Of a stretch of DNA of 64,000 nt, positions 25,800 to 42,326 are shown piece by piece. Source of the DNA: the human T2T-CHM13v2.0 reference genome, Homo sapiens; the NCBI RefSeq assembly GCF_009914755.1, contig NC_060935.1; one strand, written 5' to 3'. The number at the start of each line of letters is the position of its first letter. Position 1 is the stretch's first letter. Below the pieces are notes generated by a model, which had not been told where the DNA came from, ran no database searches, and saw only the letters and a program-made list of their open reading frames with translations. The position numbers were made by a program, and so were the translations under genes.

Positions 25800-26562
25800 G
25801 CTAGAAACAATTAAGCTTAGTGAGGAAGGCAGGTTGAGAGGGGCTGAAAGCTAGGCCTCTTGTGCTAAACAGTGAGCCAAGCTGTGAATACAAAGGAAAA
25901 GATCTTGAAGGAAATTAGAGTGCTACTCCAGTAAAAACACGAAGGAGAAGAAGTAAAAACAGACTTATTGCTGATACGGAGAAAGTCTGAATGGTCTGCG
26001 TAGATCAAACCAGTCACAACAGCCCCGTAAGCCAAAGCCTGACCCAGAGCAAGGCCCTAACTCTATGAAAATTGAGAGAGGTGAGGAGGCTGCAGAAAAA
26101 AAAAAAAAAAGTTGGAAACTGGAAGCGGTTGGTTGATGAGATTTAAGGAAAGAAGCCATTTCCATAACATAAAAGTGCAAGGTGAAGCAGCAAGTGCTGA
26201 TGGAGAAGGTGTGGTAAGTTCTCTAGAAGATCTAGCTGAGTTCATCGATGAAGGTGGCTACACTAAACAGATGTTCAATGTAGACAAAACAGGCTTCTCT
26301 TGGAAAAACACGCCATCTAGGACTTTCACAGCTAGAAGAGAAGCCAGTACCTGCTTCAAAACTTCAAAGAACAGGCTGAATCCCTTGTGAGGGGCGAATG
26401 CAGCTGGTGACTTTGAGTTGAAGCCAGTGCTCATTTGCCATTCTGAAAATCCCAGGGCCCTTAAGAATGATGCTAAATCTACTCTGCCTGTGCTCTACAA
26501 ATGGAACAGCAAAGCCTGGATGACAGCACATCTTTTAATGTTTACAGCGTGATTTACTGGGC

Positions 26563-26853
26563 TTTTTTGGGTTTTTTTTGAGACAGAGTCTCTGTCACCC
26601 AGATTGCAGTGCAGTGGTGCAATCATAGCTCACTGTAGCCTCAACCTCCCAAGCTCAGGTGATCCTTCCACCTCAGCCTCCCCAGTATCTGGGAATACAG
26701 GTGTATACCACCACGCCCAGCTAATTTTTGTAATTTTTGTAGAGGGGGGTTTTGCCATGTTGCCCAGCTGGTCTTGAACTTCTGAGCCCAAGTGATCTGC
26801 CCACCTCAGCCTCCCAAAGTGCTGGGATCACAGGCATGAGCCCGTGCTCAACC
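26563..26853 (-). mobile_element. AluJ
   Basis: Diverged reverse Alu inside Tigger1. Confidence 0.9.
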
Positions 26854-27073
26854 TACTAAACATTTTAAGTTCACTATTGAGATCTGCTGTTCAGGAAAAA
26901 AGATTCTTTTCAAAATATTACTGTTCATCGACAATGCAACTGGTCATCCAAGAGCTCCGATGGAGATATGGAGATGTACAAGGAGATTAATGTTGTTTAC
27001 ATGCCTGCTAACATGACATCCACTTGCAGCCTATGGATCAAAGAAGAAGAGTCATTTGTACTTTCAAGTCTTG

Positions 27074-27378
<305 letters not shown>

Positions 27379-28007
27379 TCAAGTCTTGTTTTTTAAGAAA
27401 TACACCTTGCAAAGCTATTGCTGCCAGAGATAGTGATTTCTATGATGGATCTGAGCAAAGTCAATTGAAAACCCTCTGGAAAGAATTCACCATTCTAAAT
27501 GCCAGTAAAAAATTTATGATTCATGGGAGGAAGTCAAAATAATCAACAAAGTATCAACAACAGGAGTTGGGAAGACGTTGATTCCAACCCTCATGGATGA
27601 CTTTGAGGGGTTCGAGCCTTCGGTGGAGGAAGCAACTGCAAATGTGGCGGAAATAGCAAGAGAACTGGAATTAGAATTAGAAGTGGAGCCTGAAGATGGG
27701 ACTGAATTGCTGCAATCTCATGAGAAAACTTGAACAGATGAGGAGCTGCTTCTTATGGACGGACAAAGAAAGTGGTTTCTTGGATGGAATCTACCCCTGG
27801 TGAAGATGCTGTGAACATTGTTGAAATGACAACAAAGGATTGAGAATATTCCATAAACATAGTTGCTTAAGCAGTGACAGGGTTTGAGAGGATTTACTCC
27901 AATTTTGAAAGTTTTACTGTGGGTAAAATGCTATCAAACAGCATCATCAACTACAGAAAAATCATTCATGAAAAGAAGAATCAATTGATGCAGTAAAATT
28001 CATTGTT

Positions 28008-28313
<306 letters not shown>

Positions 28314-28566
28314 TCACTGTTGTCTTATTTCAAGAAATTGTCACAGCCACTCCAGCCTTCAGCAACCACCACCCTAATCAGTCAGCAACCATCAACATCG
28401 AGACAAGATCCTCCACCAGCAAAAAATTCCAACTGGGTGAAGGCTCAGATGATCGTTAGCTTTTTTTTTTTTAAAGCAATAAAGAATTTTTAGTTAAGGT
28501 ATGTACATTTTTTAAGACATACTGCTATTGCACACTTAATAGACTCTATTATGGTGTAAATAAAAA

Positions 28567-28851
<285 letters not shown>

Positions 28852-29362
28852 TAAATATAACTTTTACATGCAACAGGGCACCGAAAAATTTGTGTGATTT
28901 GCATTATTGCAATACTTGCTTTATTGTGGTGGGCCAGAAGCAAACCCAAAACATCTCCATGGTAGGCCTGTGTGTTGCTAATGCAGAAAGATGTCTCCAA
29001 TAGGTTGTAGATTGAAAAGTGATTAGTTGGAAAAGATTTTTGCTAATGTATATTTATTCATAATGATGTGCATGCATACATACATGTGTACACACACAAA
29101 CAAAACTCACCTGCAAAAATATATTTAAAAAAGTTAACACTATTTGCCTCTTAGTACTGGGCATTATGGGTGATTATCCACAAATACTGTTTTGAATTCT
29201 TTTAAAACTATGACATTATTCCACAGATGATAAAAGAACCCCAAACATCAGAAGTCAGATGCCCAATGGAAAAAAGTCCTTCTCCCATTCTAACCCCATT
29301 CTCACTCTTTGGGGACAATAGTTTCTTCGTATGGCTCTAGAAATGTTCTCTCTATAGCCATA

Positions 29363-29684
29363 TTTTCTTTTCTTTTCTTTGTTTTTTTTTTTTTTTTTTT
29401 TTGAGACAGAGTCTCACTGTGTTCCCCAGGCTGGAGTGCAGTGGCATGATCTTGGCTCACTACAACTTCCTCCTCTCAGGTTCAATTGATTCTCCTGCCT
29501 CAGCCTCCCTAGTAGCTGAGATTACAGGTGCCCGCCACCACGCCCAGCTAATTTTTGTATTTTTAGTAGAGATGGGGTTTTAACATGTCGGCCAGGCTGG
29601 TCTCAAACTCTTTACCTCAAGAGATCTGCCCATCTTGGCCTCCCAAAGTGCTGGGATTATAGGTGTGAGCCACCGTGTCTGGCC
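29363..29684 (-). mobile_element. AluS
   Basis: Reverse Alu with long T tail. Confidence 0.95.
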
Positions 29685-31065
29685 TGTATTTTCAAGTAAT
29701 TCCAATTCACCAACTAACCATGGAAGTAAGGTTTATCAAATCTCTGAGTAAAAAAAAACATGATGATCTAAAATAATATTCTAACCAGGACAAATTCTTC
29801 ATGTATTATGCAGGGCTAATCTGTTTCTCATTAAAATTATGGATTAAAATTTAATCCTCACACTTTTAGAAACAAGAAAATACAGTCTTTGTACTCTATT
29901 TGTTTACCTAGTTGAAAGGTGTATATTTAGCTTTGAAAGAGAAATCTTAATGCAAGAATTCAGGATTATATATGATGTCATGGGATCACTTTTTAAATCT
30001 TTATGAAAGGATTTTAAAGAAAGGAAAAAATTTCATCAAGATTCTGGGTCAGTTTTCCAGAACTCCCAGACCTACCCTGCAGATTCAGAATTCTTCCACG
30101 TTAGCAGAATTGGCAGTGAAGATCTGAAGCCATGTGAATGGAGAGCAAATAAATTAGCATGGTAGCTTTTCTGGAAGTTTACGGTGGGTTCATTTCTACG
30201 ATGTAAATATGTTATTCGCAGGTACAGCCAGGGGGAAAAAGTTAAATAGAATTTGACTCTGCAGCAATCCACATAGGAAGCAGTCCTGTGAAAACAGATG
30301 GGAAAGAGGAAGCTTCCCAAAAAGACATACTTTTTTTCTAGCGAAGGGTCTCTCCTGGTTTAAAAGATGTAAGGTATCGAAACTGATTACTATTTCTGTG
30401 GAATGTGACCCATCCTGGGGCCAAGGGAAGCCCTGGGTTCCCAGGAATGAGATTTTAGCATCCAGGATGTGAAAGGTGAGAAGTGTGGAGTGAGGTGTGG
30501 GGGTCTGGCTGGGCAGCCACATCCTGGCTGAGGTCTGCGAGGGCCCCTATGGAGTGAGTGGAGTCTCTGAACCCTCCCATCATGCCTCCTTTTCCTGGCC
30601 TTTTCTAAATGACTCAAAATTTCTCTCTGGCCTCCATTTTACTAGGGAATTCCACCCACCCTGGTCTGCCTTTTCCTCCTCCCCGCTGTCTCCGGATCTG
30701 AGAAGCCAGTGAGCGAGAACCTACAGAACTGACCCAGGAGTCAGAAGCTATGAGCCACTTTGGAAAACAGCGTGGCCATTTCCTGAAAAGGTAAACACAC
30801 CCCTGCCCTCCGATCCAGCCCCTCCACTGCTAGGTACTTACCTGGGAGGAATGAAAGTTCGTGTTCACAAAAGGTCTCAGGCATGAATGTCTGTAACAGC
30901 TTTGCTTGTCACAGCCCCAAACTGGAAACAACCTTAAAATCCATCAACAGGCGGATGGTGAAGCCAAGCACAGAGCGTCCACACCACAGGAGGCAACTCA
31001 GAGCCCCACAGGAGTCGCTATGGACACACGCACCGTCTGGGGCAGCCTCAAAATTATGTGGCTTA

Positions 31066-31765
<700 letters not shown>

Positions 31766-31803
31766 GGTGTATACATGCTTCACAACTTACATAATTGCAC
31801 ACT

Positions 31804-32380
<577 letters not shown>

Positions 32381-33208
32381 CGCACTTCTGTTTCCCTCTG
32401 TTGCCGTTGGAACTGACTTCAGCTGTCAGGTGAGCCGCTTGGCAACACCATCCATGGAAAAGACATTTAGACTGAACGCAAGTCCTTAGAGACAGCAGAG
32501 GACTGAGTAGAAATGGCCGCTGGATTTTAGGTAACAGTGCCAGGCCCATGGGGCAGGGGAAGGAACACTGGACAGAAGCTGGAAGTCACTTTGCCTGTGG
32601 GTAACAGGGACCTTGGAGTGACCTTGAAGCCTGGCTTTCAGCCTGACCCCAACAGGAAATATGACTCTGACATGATTTATTTAAAAATACAAAATATTCA
32701 TACATCATTATTATTATTTTGCCAAGGTTATCATTCACTGGGTTTCAGCCACAAAAACACTCAGGAAAATTGAAGAGACTCGAAGTTCTTAAATGAAAGC
32801 CCACCTCTTCCAGGCCACCCTCGAGTTTGGGCTTGGTGCCTGGTGAGGCCATTTTGAGGATTATGAGTGGTGCACATTTTTGCAATTTAGCTGGAGACCC
32901 AGTAATCATGGCATCATCCTCCCTGGGCCCCGTCCCCGTCCCCCCTCTTCATTCAATTGCACCTTGAGGAAGATAAATAGGAGAGCAGCTTAGGAAACAG
33001 GAATGAGAGTCCTCAATCACCTCTTTGTTCACTCCGACCACTGGGCGGGACAGAGAGAGTGACTCTGGCAGCAGGAACACACCACCTTTGTCTCACGCGT
33101 GGCTCCGGGGCCTTTTGGAATCCAGTGGCTGAGGAAGGTGGGTTCTTCCCCACTTGATCAGCCTGGAGCATCTCCAGGCACCCTTGTGTCTTAGGGTTAG
33201 CTAAGAGA

Positions 33209-33268
33209 CAGCTGGGGCATAGCTAGGGCATAGCTGGGGCACAGCCAGGGCATTGCCAGGGCACAGCA
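33209..33268. repeat. 11-bp tandem repeat YAGCYRGGGCA x5
   Basis: Units at 33209, 33220, 33231, 33242, 33253. Confidence 0.85.
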
Positions 33269-33975
33269 GGAAACGTACATGCAGCTTCTGGTCTCATTCA
33301 TTTAATGGCTTTTTCCCAAATGATGGCAGCAGCGCCAGAGAGCAGGTGGAGAAGACAGCAGGGGTGGGGGTGGATTCCAGGGAAGTCTGGGATGCCCCAG
33401 ACTGTGGTCCTCAGGAATGAAGGGCTGTTTGGGGCCTCACTTCTGACCATGCCTCGTACCCACCCCGCGAGGACACTTCTCTGCTGCAGAGGGAACCCCA
33501 TGGGCCTCGGGTTGTCAGGGAAGGCTGTCAGCTTGGCCCCACCTCTGGGGCTCCTCCTCGAGCTTGGGACACTCCATGGTTTGTGCTCTATGCTCCAGGG
33601 GAACCACATTCGCCCTGGGGCATCCTGTCTTTGCTGATGGCGTTCCCTCTGCTGACAGTGCTGCTCCCATTCTCCGGGCAATTCCAACCCTGGAGAGTCC
33701 TCAGGGTTCTTCCAGGACAGTGTTCCACCAAGTGATGCCTCCCCATTCCTGAGGCTGGATGACAAACTCATCCCCCGGGCTCCACATATCTCCCGTTTCC
33801 TCCCACCACGGCATTGACTTTGGGTGCTGGCCTCGTCTGACAGGGGTCTCCCCACAATTAGATTGTGCCTTCATCATTTTTGAATCCCCAGTACCAGGCT
33901 CAGTGCCCAGCACAACTGATGTGTGTTGAATAAACGTGCTCCACAGAGGGTGAACTATGTGGCTTTCCTAAGTGA

Positions 33976-34551
<576 letters not shown>

Positions 34552-34787
34552 TAAAACAGAAGGCAGGATTGTTCGGAGATGCCGGATGGCAGCCATGAGA
34601 AAGACCCCACTGGTCTGAGAGGTCTGTGCAGGAATGCACGGAGCCTGGGAAACACAGAGAGGTATGGGGCCTGAGGGTGAGGACGCAGGACAGGTTAGGG
34701 ACGGGTGGCGCTGGGTGCTGGCTCTGGCAGAGAGCAAGCCAACTGGGGGCATTTCTTTCCAGCCCCGTGGCTGATGGTCTCGCCGTG

Positions 34788-35070
34788 CGTGATGGTGAAT
34801 TTTATGTGTCGCCTTGATGGGACCTTGGGGGTGCTCAGACATTTGGTCAAGCCTCTGTGTTTGCGAGGATGTTTCTGGATGGGACTAGCATTCAAATCTG
34901 CAGACCGAGGCAAGCAGAGTGTCCTCCCCGCAGAAGGTGGGCCTCACCTCATCCATCAGGGGCCTGAATAGAATAAAAAGTTGAAGAGGAGAGAATTATT
35001 TGCCTCTGCCTGTCTTCAAGGTGGAACCATAGGTCTTCTCCTGCCTTTGGACTTAGACTCAGCAGAAAGA
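34788..35070 (+). mobile_element. MLT2 (ERVL) LTR 5' fragment
   Basis: gtgatggtgaattttatgtgtc...gggcctcacctcatccatc...gggcctgaatagaataaaaag. Confidence 0.75.
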
Positions 35071-35433
35071 GCACCTCCCCTGGCCAATGCTTTTGGCAGG
35101 ATTCCAGAATGTGCACTCCTGGAGCCCTGGACCACGGCTGGCTTGGTTCCAGCCCATCTGTGACCATCTCTCCTAGGATGCTGGGATGTTCTGTGGGGCC
35201 AAGCTAGGGCTACTTGCCTACTTCTGCTGCAAGGGAGGGGTCAGCCCCATGGGAACCATAAGTGTGGGGATTGGGGCAGCCTGATTCTCTAGGAAGAACT
35301 GCTGCCCTCTTTCTAGGAAAAAGGAGAAGGGATTTCAGGCAGCCCAAGCTAACAGAGGCCTGCTGTGCACTTGTGTGTTCTGAGCACTGGCTAGGAAGTG
35401 CAGGGCTTCCAAGAAGACCTAAAATTCATGAGA

Positions 35434-35517
35434 ACCAAGACAAGGCAGTGAAGGTGTGATCCTGATAAAAGGTGACCAAGACAAGGCAGTGAACGTGTCA
35501 TCCTGATAAAAGGTGAC
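35434..35517. repeat. 41-bp tandem duplication
   Basis: accaagacaaggcagtgaa(g/c)gtgt(g/c)atcctgataaaaggtg x2, two mismatches. Confidence 0.95.
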
Positions 35518-35906
35518 TGCAGGGGCTGCCCAGGGCAGGGAGGGCTCAGCCTGGAGTGGGTCCATCCCGTCCTTGAGTCATTCTGTCCTTCCCCTCATCT
35601 GACAGGTGCCTGGCTCTTTGTTCTTCCTTCATCGTGGGGGACAAGGGTGCAGGGGACGACGTGTTCATTTTCCTCTCCTATGCTCAGCTCACGGCCCCCG
35701 CCCTCCACTCCCCGCCTCACACTGATCACTTTCCCATTCAGCAGGTTCGATGCACGCACAGGATGCACGCGCCTCCTTGCAGAACACCGTGTGGGGCTTC
35801 CAGTGAGCGCTTCATATTGTAAATGCCACTGTGCCCCGGATCCCACTGTTTCACTCAACACTGTTCTTGATTGTTGTCATCAAGTTTAAAAAAAAAATTA
35901 TGGTAA

Positions 35907-36269
<363 letters not shown>

Positions 36270-36878
36270 TAAGTTCATTCAAACTGTTGTGCAGCTGCCA
36301 CCATCATCCATCTCCAGAACTTGTCATTTTTCCAAACTGAAACTCTGTTCCCATTAAACCCCAACTCTATGTTTCCTCCTCCCCCAGCCCCTGGCAACCA
36401 CCATGCTACTTTCTGTCTCTATGGGTTTGACCATTCTAGGGACCTCATTTAACCTGAGCCCTACAGCCTTCACCTTTCTGTGGCTGATTTATTTCACTTG
36501 GCGTGACATCCTCAAAGTTCATCCATGTTGTCACCTGTGTCAGAATCTCCTTATTTCCAAGGCTGAGTGATATTCCGTTGTGTGGATGGACCACACTCTG
36601 TTTATTCATTCACCTGTCAATGGATGTTTGGTCCATTTCTACCTTTCGGCTAGTGTGAAAAAAAGCAGCTGAGAACATGAGTGTACAAATACCTCTTTGA
36701 AACCCTGCATTTAGTTCTTTTGGAGACAGACCCAGAAGTGGTATTGCTGGATGACATGCTAATTCCATGTTTAATTTTTGGAGAAACAGCCATCCCATTT
36801 TCCACAGGGGCCGCACCGTTTTACATCCCCACCCACAGTGTGCAAGGGTTCCAGTTTCTCCATGGCCTCGCTGACACT

Positions 36879-37111
36879 TGTTATTCTCCACCTCGTTGAC
36901 AGTAGCCATCCTGAGGAGTGTGAGGTGGTGCTGTGTGTTATTCTCCACCTCATTGACAGTAGCCATCCTGAGGAGTGTGAGGTGGTGCTGTGTGTTATTC
37001 TCCACCTCATTGACAGTAGCCATCCTGAGGAGTGTGAGGTGGTGCTGTGTGTTATTCTCCACCTCGTTGACAGTAGCCATCCTGAGGAGTGTGAGGTGGT
37101 GCTGTGTGTTA
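36879..37111. repeat. 57-bp minisatellite, 4.1 copies
   Basis: tgttattctccacctc(g/a)ttgacagtagccatcctgaggagtgtgaggtggtgctgtg at 36879, 36936, 36993, 37050. Confidence 0.97.
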
Positions 37112-40100
37112 CTTTTACTTGTCTCCATGCAGCTAAGGGCACGCCAGTGCACGCCTAATGCAGGCGGGGTGACACCTGCACAGTTCCATCTGCTGCTTCA
37201 CGACGTGTTGCTAACTCAGTCGCCGACCACTGGACTCTGGGCTGCTCCATTCCTAACTTCCACAGTGTTGATGGATACCGATGCAAGCCCTTCTGGGGAA
37301 GACACAGTGAGAGCCTCTCTCAGCCATGCATTCCTCAGCCTGACTGCAAGGTCGCAGCCCCCTACAAAGCCCAGTCTGAGTGCTTCCCAGGCTGCCATGT
37401 GCCAGGTCTCCCTCCCACGGCTGTCCTGGAAGGCTCTGCTTTGCACCAACTTGCCAGCACTTGGCATTAGTCAACCCTCTAGCTTTTACCAATCTGATGG
37501 GTGTAAAGGGAATTCCTGCGTTTTACTTTGCATTTCTCTGATTCCTGTGGGTTTGAGCAGCTCTTCATTGAATTGTGTGTCATTTGCACTTTCCCTTCTG
37601 GGAATTGTCTGTTGGGGTTGGCTTTCTGTCAACTTAAACAGGAGCAAACTTGGTTACTTTTAATTAAAAGCAGGCTCGTGGCAGCAGGGGAGTTTTACAT
37701 GCATAGGAAGGTCAGGTCCAGCCCTGCCCATCTTCGTGCATACTCTCTCTTTGGTCACTGCTGTGCGGCATGGTGAGCTTGGCACCTGGCCTTCAGAATG
37801 CAGCCACAGAAGGGAGTTCATGGGCTAGGCATTCTGCTAAGGGACACAGCTGTCTCTGGCTCCTGCATCCAATTACTGGACTCTCTGCTTCATTGCTCTG
37901 GTGGAGCTGCCAGCCTGAGTCTCCACATGTTCTTTCAACACTCCCTTGGTGGCCAGCCCAGTGTGCTTTTAATCATTGACAAGCAAGAGGATGCCACAGA
38001 GAAGGATGTTGGCTGCTGTTCAGGCATTTGGGGACTGGCAGGGAGGGCTGCTGTCCACGACGGAGGATGCCACAAGTGGATTCAAGACTGAGTTTTTTGT
38101 TTTTCTATCCATCAACTCAAGCATTTGTTATTTTGTTTGTGTTACACATAGTCCAATTATACTCTTTTAGCTATTTTTAAATGTACAATAAATTTTTATT
38201 GATTCTAGTCACCCTGTTGTGCTATCAAATGCTAGATCTTATTCATTCTAATTATATTTTTGTACCCATTAGCCATCCCCTTTCTCTCCTTCCCACCCCC
38301 CAACTACCCTTTGCAGCATCTGGTAACCATCATTCTACTCTCTATCTCCATGAGTTCAATTGTTTTCGTTTTTAGCTCCCACAAATAACTGAGAACATTT
38401 GAAGTTTGTCTTTCTGTGCCTGGCTAATTTCGCTTAACATAATGACCTCCAGTTCCATCCATGCTGTTGCAAATGGCAGGATCTCATTATTTTTATGACT
38501 GAATAGTACTCCACTGTGTAAACGCACTGCATTTTCTTTATCCGTTCCTCTGTCAATGGACACTTAGGTTGCTCCCAAATCTTGGCTTTTGTGAACAGTG
38601 TTGCAATAAACATGGCAGTACAAATATCTTTTCGATATACTAATATCCATTCTTTGGGGTATATACCTAGTAATGGGAATGCTGGATCATATAGCAGCTC
38701 TATTTTTAGTTTTTTGAGACACCACCAAACTGTTCTTCACAGTGGCTGTACTAATTTACTTTTCCACCAATAGTGTACGAGAGTTCCCTAATCTTCACAT
38801 CCTCACCAGCATTCGTTATTGCCTGTCTTTTGGATAAAAATCATTTTAATTGGAGTGAGATGATATCTCATTGTGGTTTTGATTTGCATTTCTCTGATGA
38901 TCAGTGATGTTGAACATCTTTTCATATGCCTGTTTGCCATTTGTATGTCTTTTTTTTTTTTGAGAAATGTCTATTCCAATCTTTTGTCTATTTTTTAATC
39001 AGACTATTGGATTTTTTCCTGTTGAGCTGTTTGAGCTCCTTATATATTCTGATTATTAATCCCTTGTCAGATGGGTAGTTTGCAAATATTTTCTCCCACT
39101 CTGTGGGGTGGCTCTTTACTTTGTTGATTGTTTCCTTTGCTGTGCAGAAGCTTTTTAACTTGATGTGATCCCATTTGTCCATTTTTGCTTTGGTTGCCTG
39201 TGCTTGTAGGATATTACTCAGGAAATCTTTGCCCAGTCCAATGTCCTGGAGCATTTCCCCAATGTTTTCTTTTAGTAATTTCATAGTGCGAGGTCTTAGA
39301 TTTAAGTCTTTACTCCATTTTGATTTGATTTTTTTATATGGTGAGAGATAGGGGTCTAGTTTTCTTCTTCTGCATATGGATATCTAGTTCTCCCAGCACC
39401 ATTTATTGAAGTGACTGTCCTTTCCCCAATGTGTGTGTTCTTGGCACCTTTGTCAAAAATGAGTTCACTGTAAATGTAGGGATATATTTCTGGGTTCTTT
39501 ATTCTTTTCCATTGGTCTATGTGTCTGTGTTTATGCCAGTACCATACTGTTTTTATTACCATAGCTCTGTAGTATAATTTGAACTCAGCTAATGTGATTC
39601 CTCCAGTTTTGTTCCTTTTGTTCAGGATAGCTTTGGCTATTTTGGGTCTTTTGTGGTTCCAAATAAATTTTGGAATTATTTTTTCTATTTCTGTGAAGAA
39701 TGTCATTGGTATTTTGATAGGAATTGCATTGAATTTGTAGATTGCTTTGGGTAGTATGGACGTTTTAACAGTATTGATTCTTCCAATCCATGAACATAGA
39801 ATATCTTTCCATTTTTTCTGTCCTCCTCAATTTTAATTGCTTGCATCAATCTTTTATAGTTTTCATTGTAGAGATCTTTTACTTCCTTGGTTAAATTTAT
39901 TCCTGGGTATTTTATTATATTTGCACCTATTGTAAATGGGATTACTTTCTGGATTTTTTTCAGATTATTTGTTGTTGGCATATAGAAATGCTATTGATTT
40001 TTGTGAGTTGATTTTGTATCCTGCAACTTTATCAAATTTTTTTTTATCAGTTCAAAGAGATTTCTGGTGGAGTATTCAGGTTTCTCCAAATATTGGATCA

Positions 40101-42326
40101 TATCATCTGTAAACATGGTTAACTTGACTTCTTCCTTTCCAATTTGGATGCTCTTTATTTTTATCTTTTGTCTAGTTGCTCTAGCTAAGACTTACAGTGC
40201 TATGTTGAATAACAGTGGTGAAAGAAGGCATCCCTGTCTTGTTCCAGATCTTAGAGGTAAGGTTTTTAGTTTTTCTTCTTCAGTGTGACACTAGCTGTGG
40301 GTCCATCATATATGACGTTTGTTGTGTTGAGGTATGTTCCTCCCATACCCAGTTCTTTGAGAGTTTTTATCATGAAGTGATGTTGAATTTTATCAAATCC
40401 TTTTTCAGTCCAATTGAAATGCTCATATGGTTTTAATTCTGTTGATATGATGTATCACATTGATTGATTTTCATATATTGGGCCATCCTTGCATCCCTGG
40501 GATAAATCCTACTTGATCATGATGAATTATCTTTTTAATATGTTGTTGAATTTGGTTTTCAAGTATTTTTTTGAGGATTTTTTTCATCAATGTTCATCAG
40601 GGACAGTGGCCTGTAGTTTTCTTTTTCTTTTTCTTTTTGATGTGTCTTTGTCTGGTTTTGGTATCAGGGTAACACTGTCCTTGTAGAATGAATACAGAAG
40701 TATTTCCTCCTCTATTTTTCTGCATGGTTTGAGTAGGATTGGTATTAGTTCTTGTTTAAATATTGTGGTAAAATTCAGCAGTGAAGCCTTTTGGGTCTTG
40801 GGCTTTTCTTTGCTGGGAGGCTTTTTATTATGACCTCAATTGTATTACTTGTTATTGGTCTGTGAAGGTTTTGGATTTCTTCATGGGTCAATCTTTGTAG
40901 ATTGTATGTGTCTAGAAATTTATCCATTTCTTTTAGGCTTTCAAATTTATTGGCATATAGCTGCTCTTAGGTGCTTCTAATGATCCTTTGCATTTCTGTG
41001 GCATCTGTTGTAATGTCTCCTTTTTCATCTCCATTCTTATTTTTGGGTCTTCTCTCTTAGTCTGGCTAAAGGTTTGTTGACATTTTTTATTCCTTTCTCA
41101 AAATTTTTTTGACTTTCTTGTCAAGTTTTGTCAAGTTTTTCTACTTCTTTGTTATAGGCATTTATTGCTATAAACTTTCTTCTTAGTACTGCTTTCATTG
41201 TATCCAATAGGTTTTGGTATGTTGTGGTTTCATTGTAATTTGTTTTGAGAATTTTTTTAACTTTTTATTAATTCCTTCATTGACCCACTGGTCATTCAGG
41301 AACATGTTGTTTAATTTCCATGTGTTTGTATAGTTTCCAAAATTCTTCTCATTATTGATTTCTAGTTTAATACAGTGTGGTCAGAGAAGGTACTTGGTAT
41401 AATTTCATGTTTTTGAATTTTTAAAGACTTGTTTTGTGGCCTAACATATGCTCTATCCTTGAAAACAATCCATGTGCTGAGGAGAAGAATGTGTATTCTG
41501 CAACTGTTGGGTAAAATGTTCTGTAAATATCTATTCATTCCATTTGGTCTATACTGTAGATTAAGACTGATGTTTCTTTGTTGATTTTCTGCCTGGATGA
41601 TCTGTCCAATGCCGAAGGTGGGATGTTGAAGTCTCCAGCTATTATTGTATTGGGGTCTATCTCTCTTTTAGCTCTAATAATATTTTCTTTATATATCTGT
41701 GTGCTCCAGTGTTAGGAGCATATATATTTACAATTGTTATATCCTCTTGCAGAATTGACCTGTTTATCATTATATAATGACTTTCTTTGTTCTTTTTATA
41801 GTTTTTATTCTTGAAATCTGTTAGGTCTGATCTAAGTATAGCTACACCTGCTCTTTTTTGGTTTTCACTGGCATAGAATATCTATTTTATCCCTTTATTT
41901 TCAGTCACTGTGTGTCTTTGTAGGTGAAGCATGTTTCTTGTAGGCAATAGATTGTTGGGTCTTGTTTTTATATCCATTCAGCCATGCTTATGCCTTTTGA
42001 TTGAAGAGTTTAGTCTATTTACATTCAATGTTATCATTGAAAAATTAGGACTTGCCCCTGCCAATTTGTTATTTTCTGATTGTTTTGTGATCTTTTCTTC
42101 CTTCTTTCTTTCCTTCCTGTCTTCTTTTCAGTGGAGGTGATTTTTTCTCTGGTAGTATGTTTTAATGTTTTGCTTTTTATTTTTGTATATCTGTTGTATG
42201 TTTTTTGATTTGAGGTTACTATGAGGCTTACAAAAATATCTTCTTATAACCCATTATTCTAAACTCGTGAGAACTTAACACAGATTACATAAACAAACTA
42301 CAAACAAGCAAATAGAAAACTAACAA

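Noticed and set aside
26112-26390. Domesticated transposase gene (TIGD1-like)
   Set aside because: Reading frame is broken by stops, frameshifts, an L1 and Alus; a fossil Tigger1.
36878-37663. 261-aa repeat protein
   Set aside because: Non-ATG start, antisense to L1, and length inflated by a 57-bp VNTR; no promoter or splice support.
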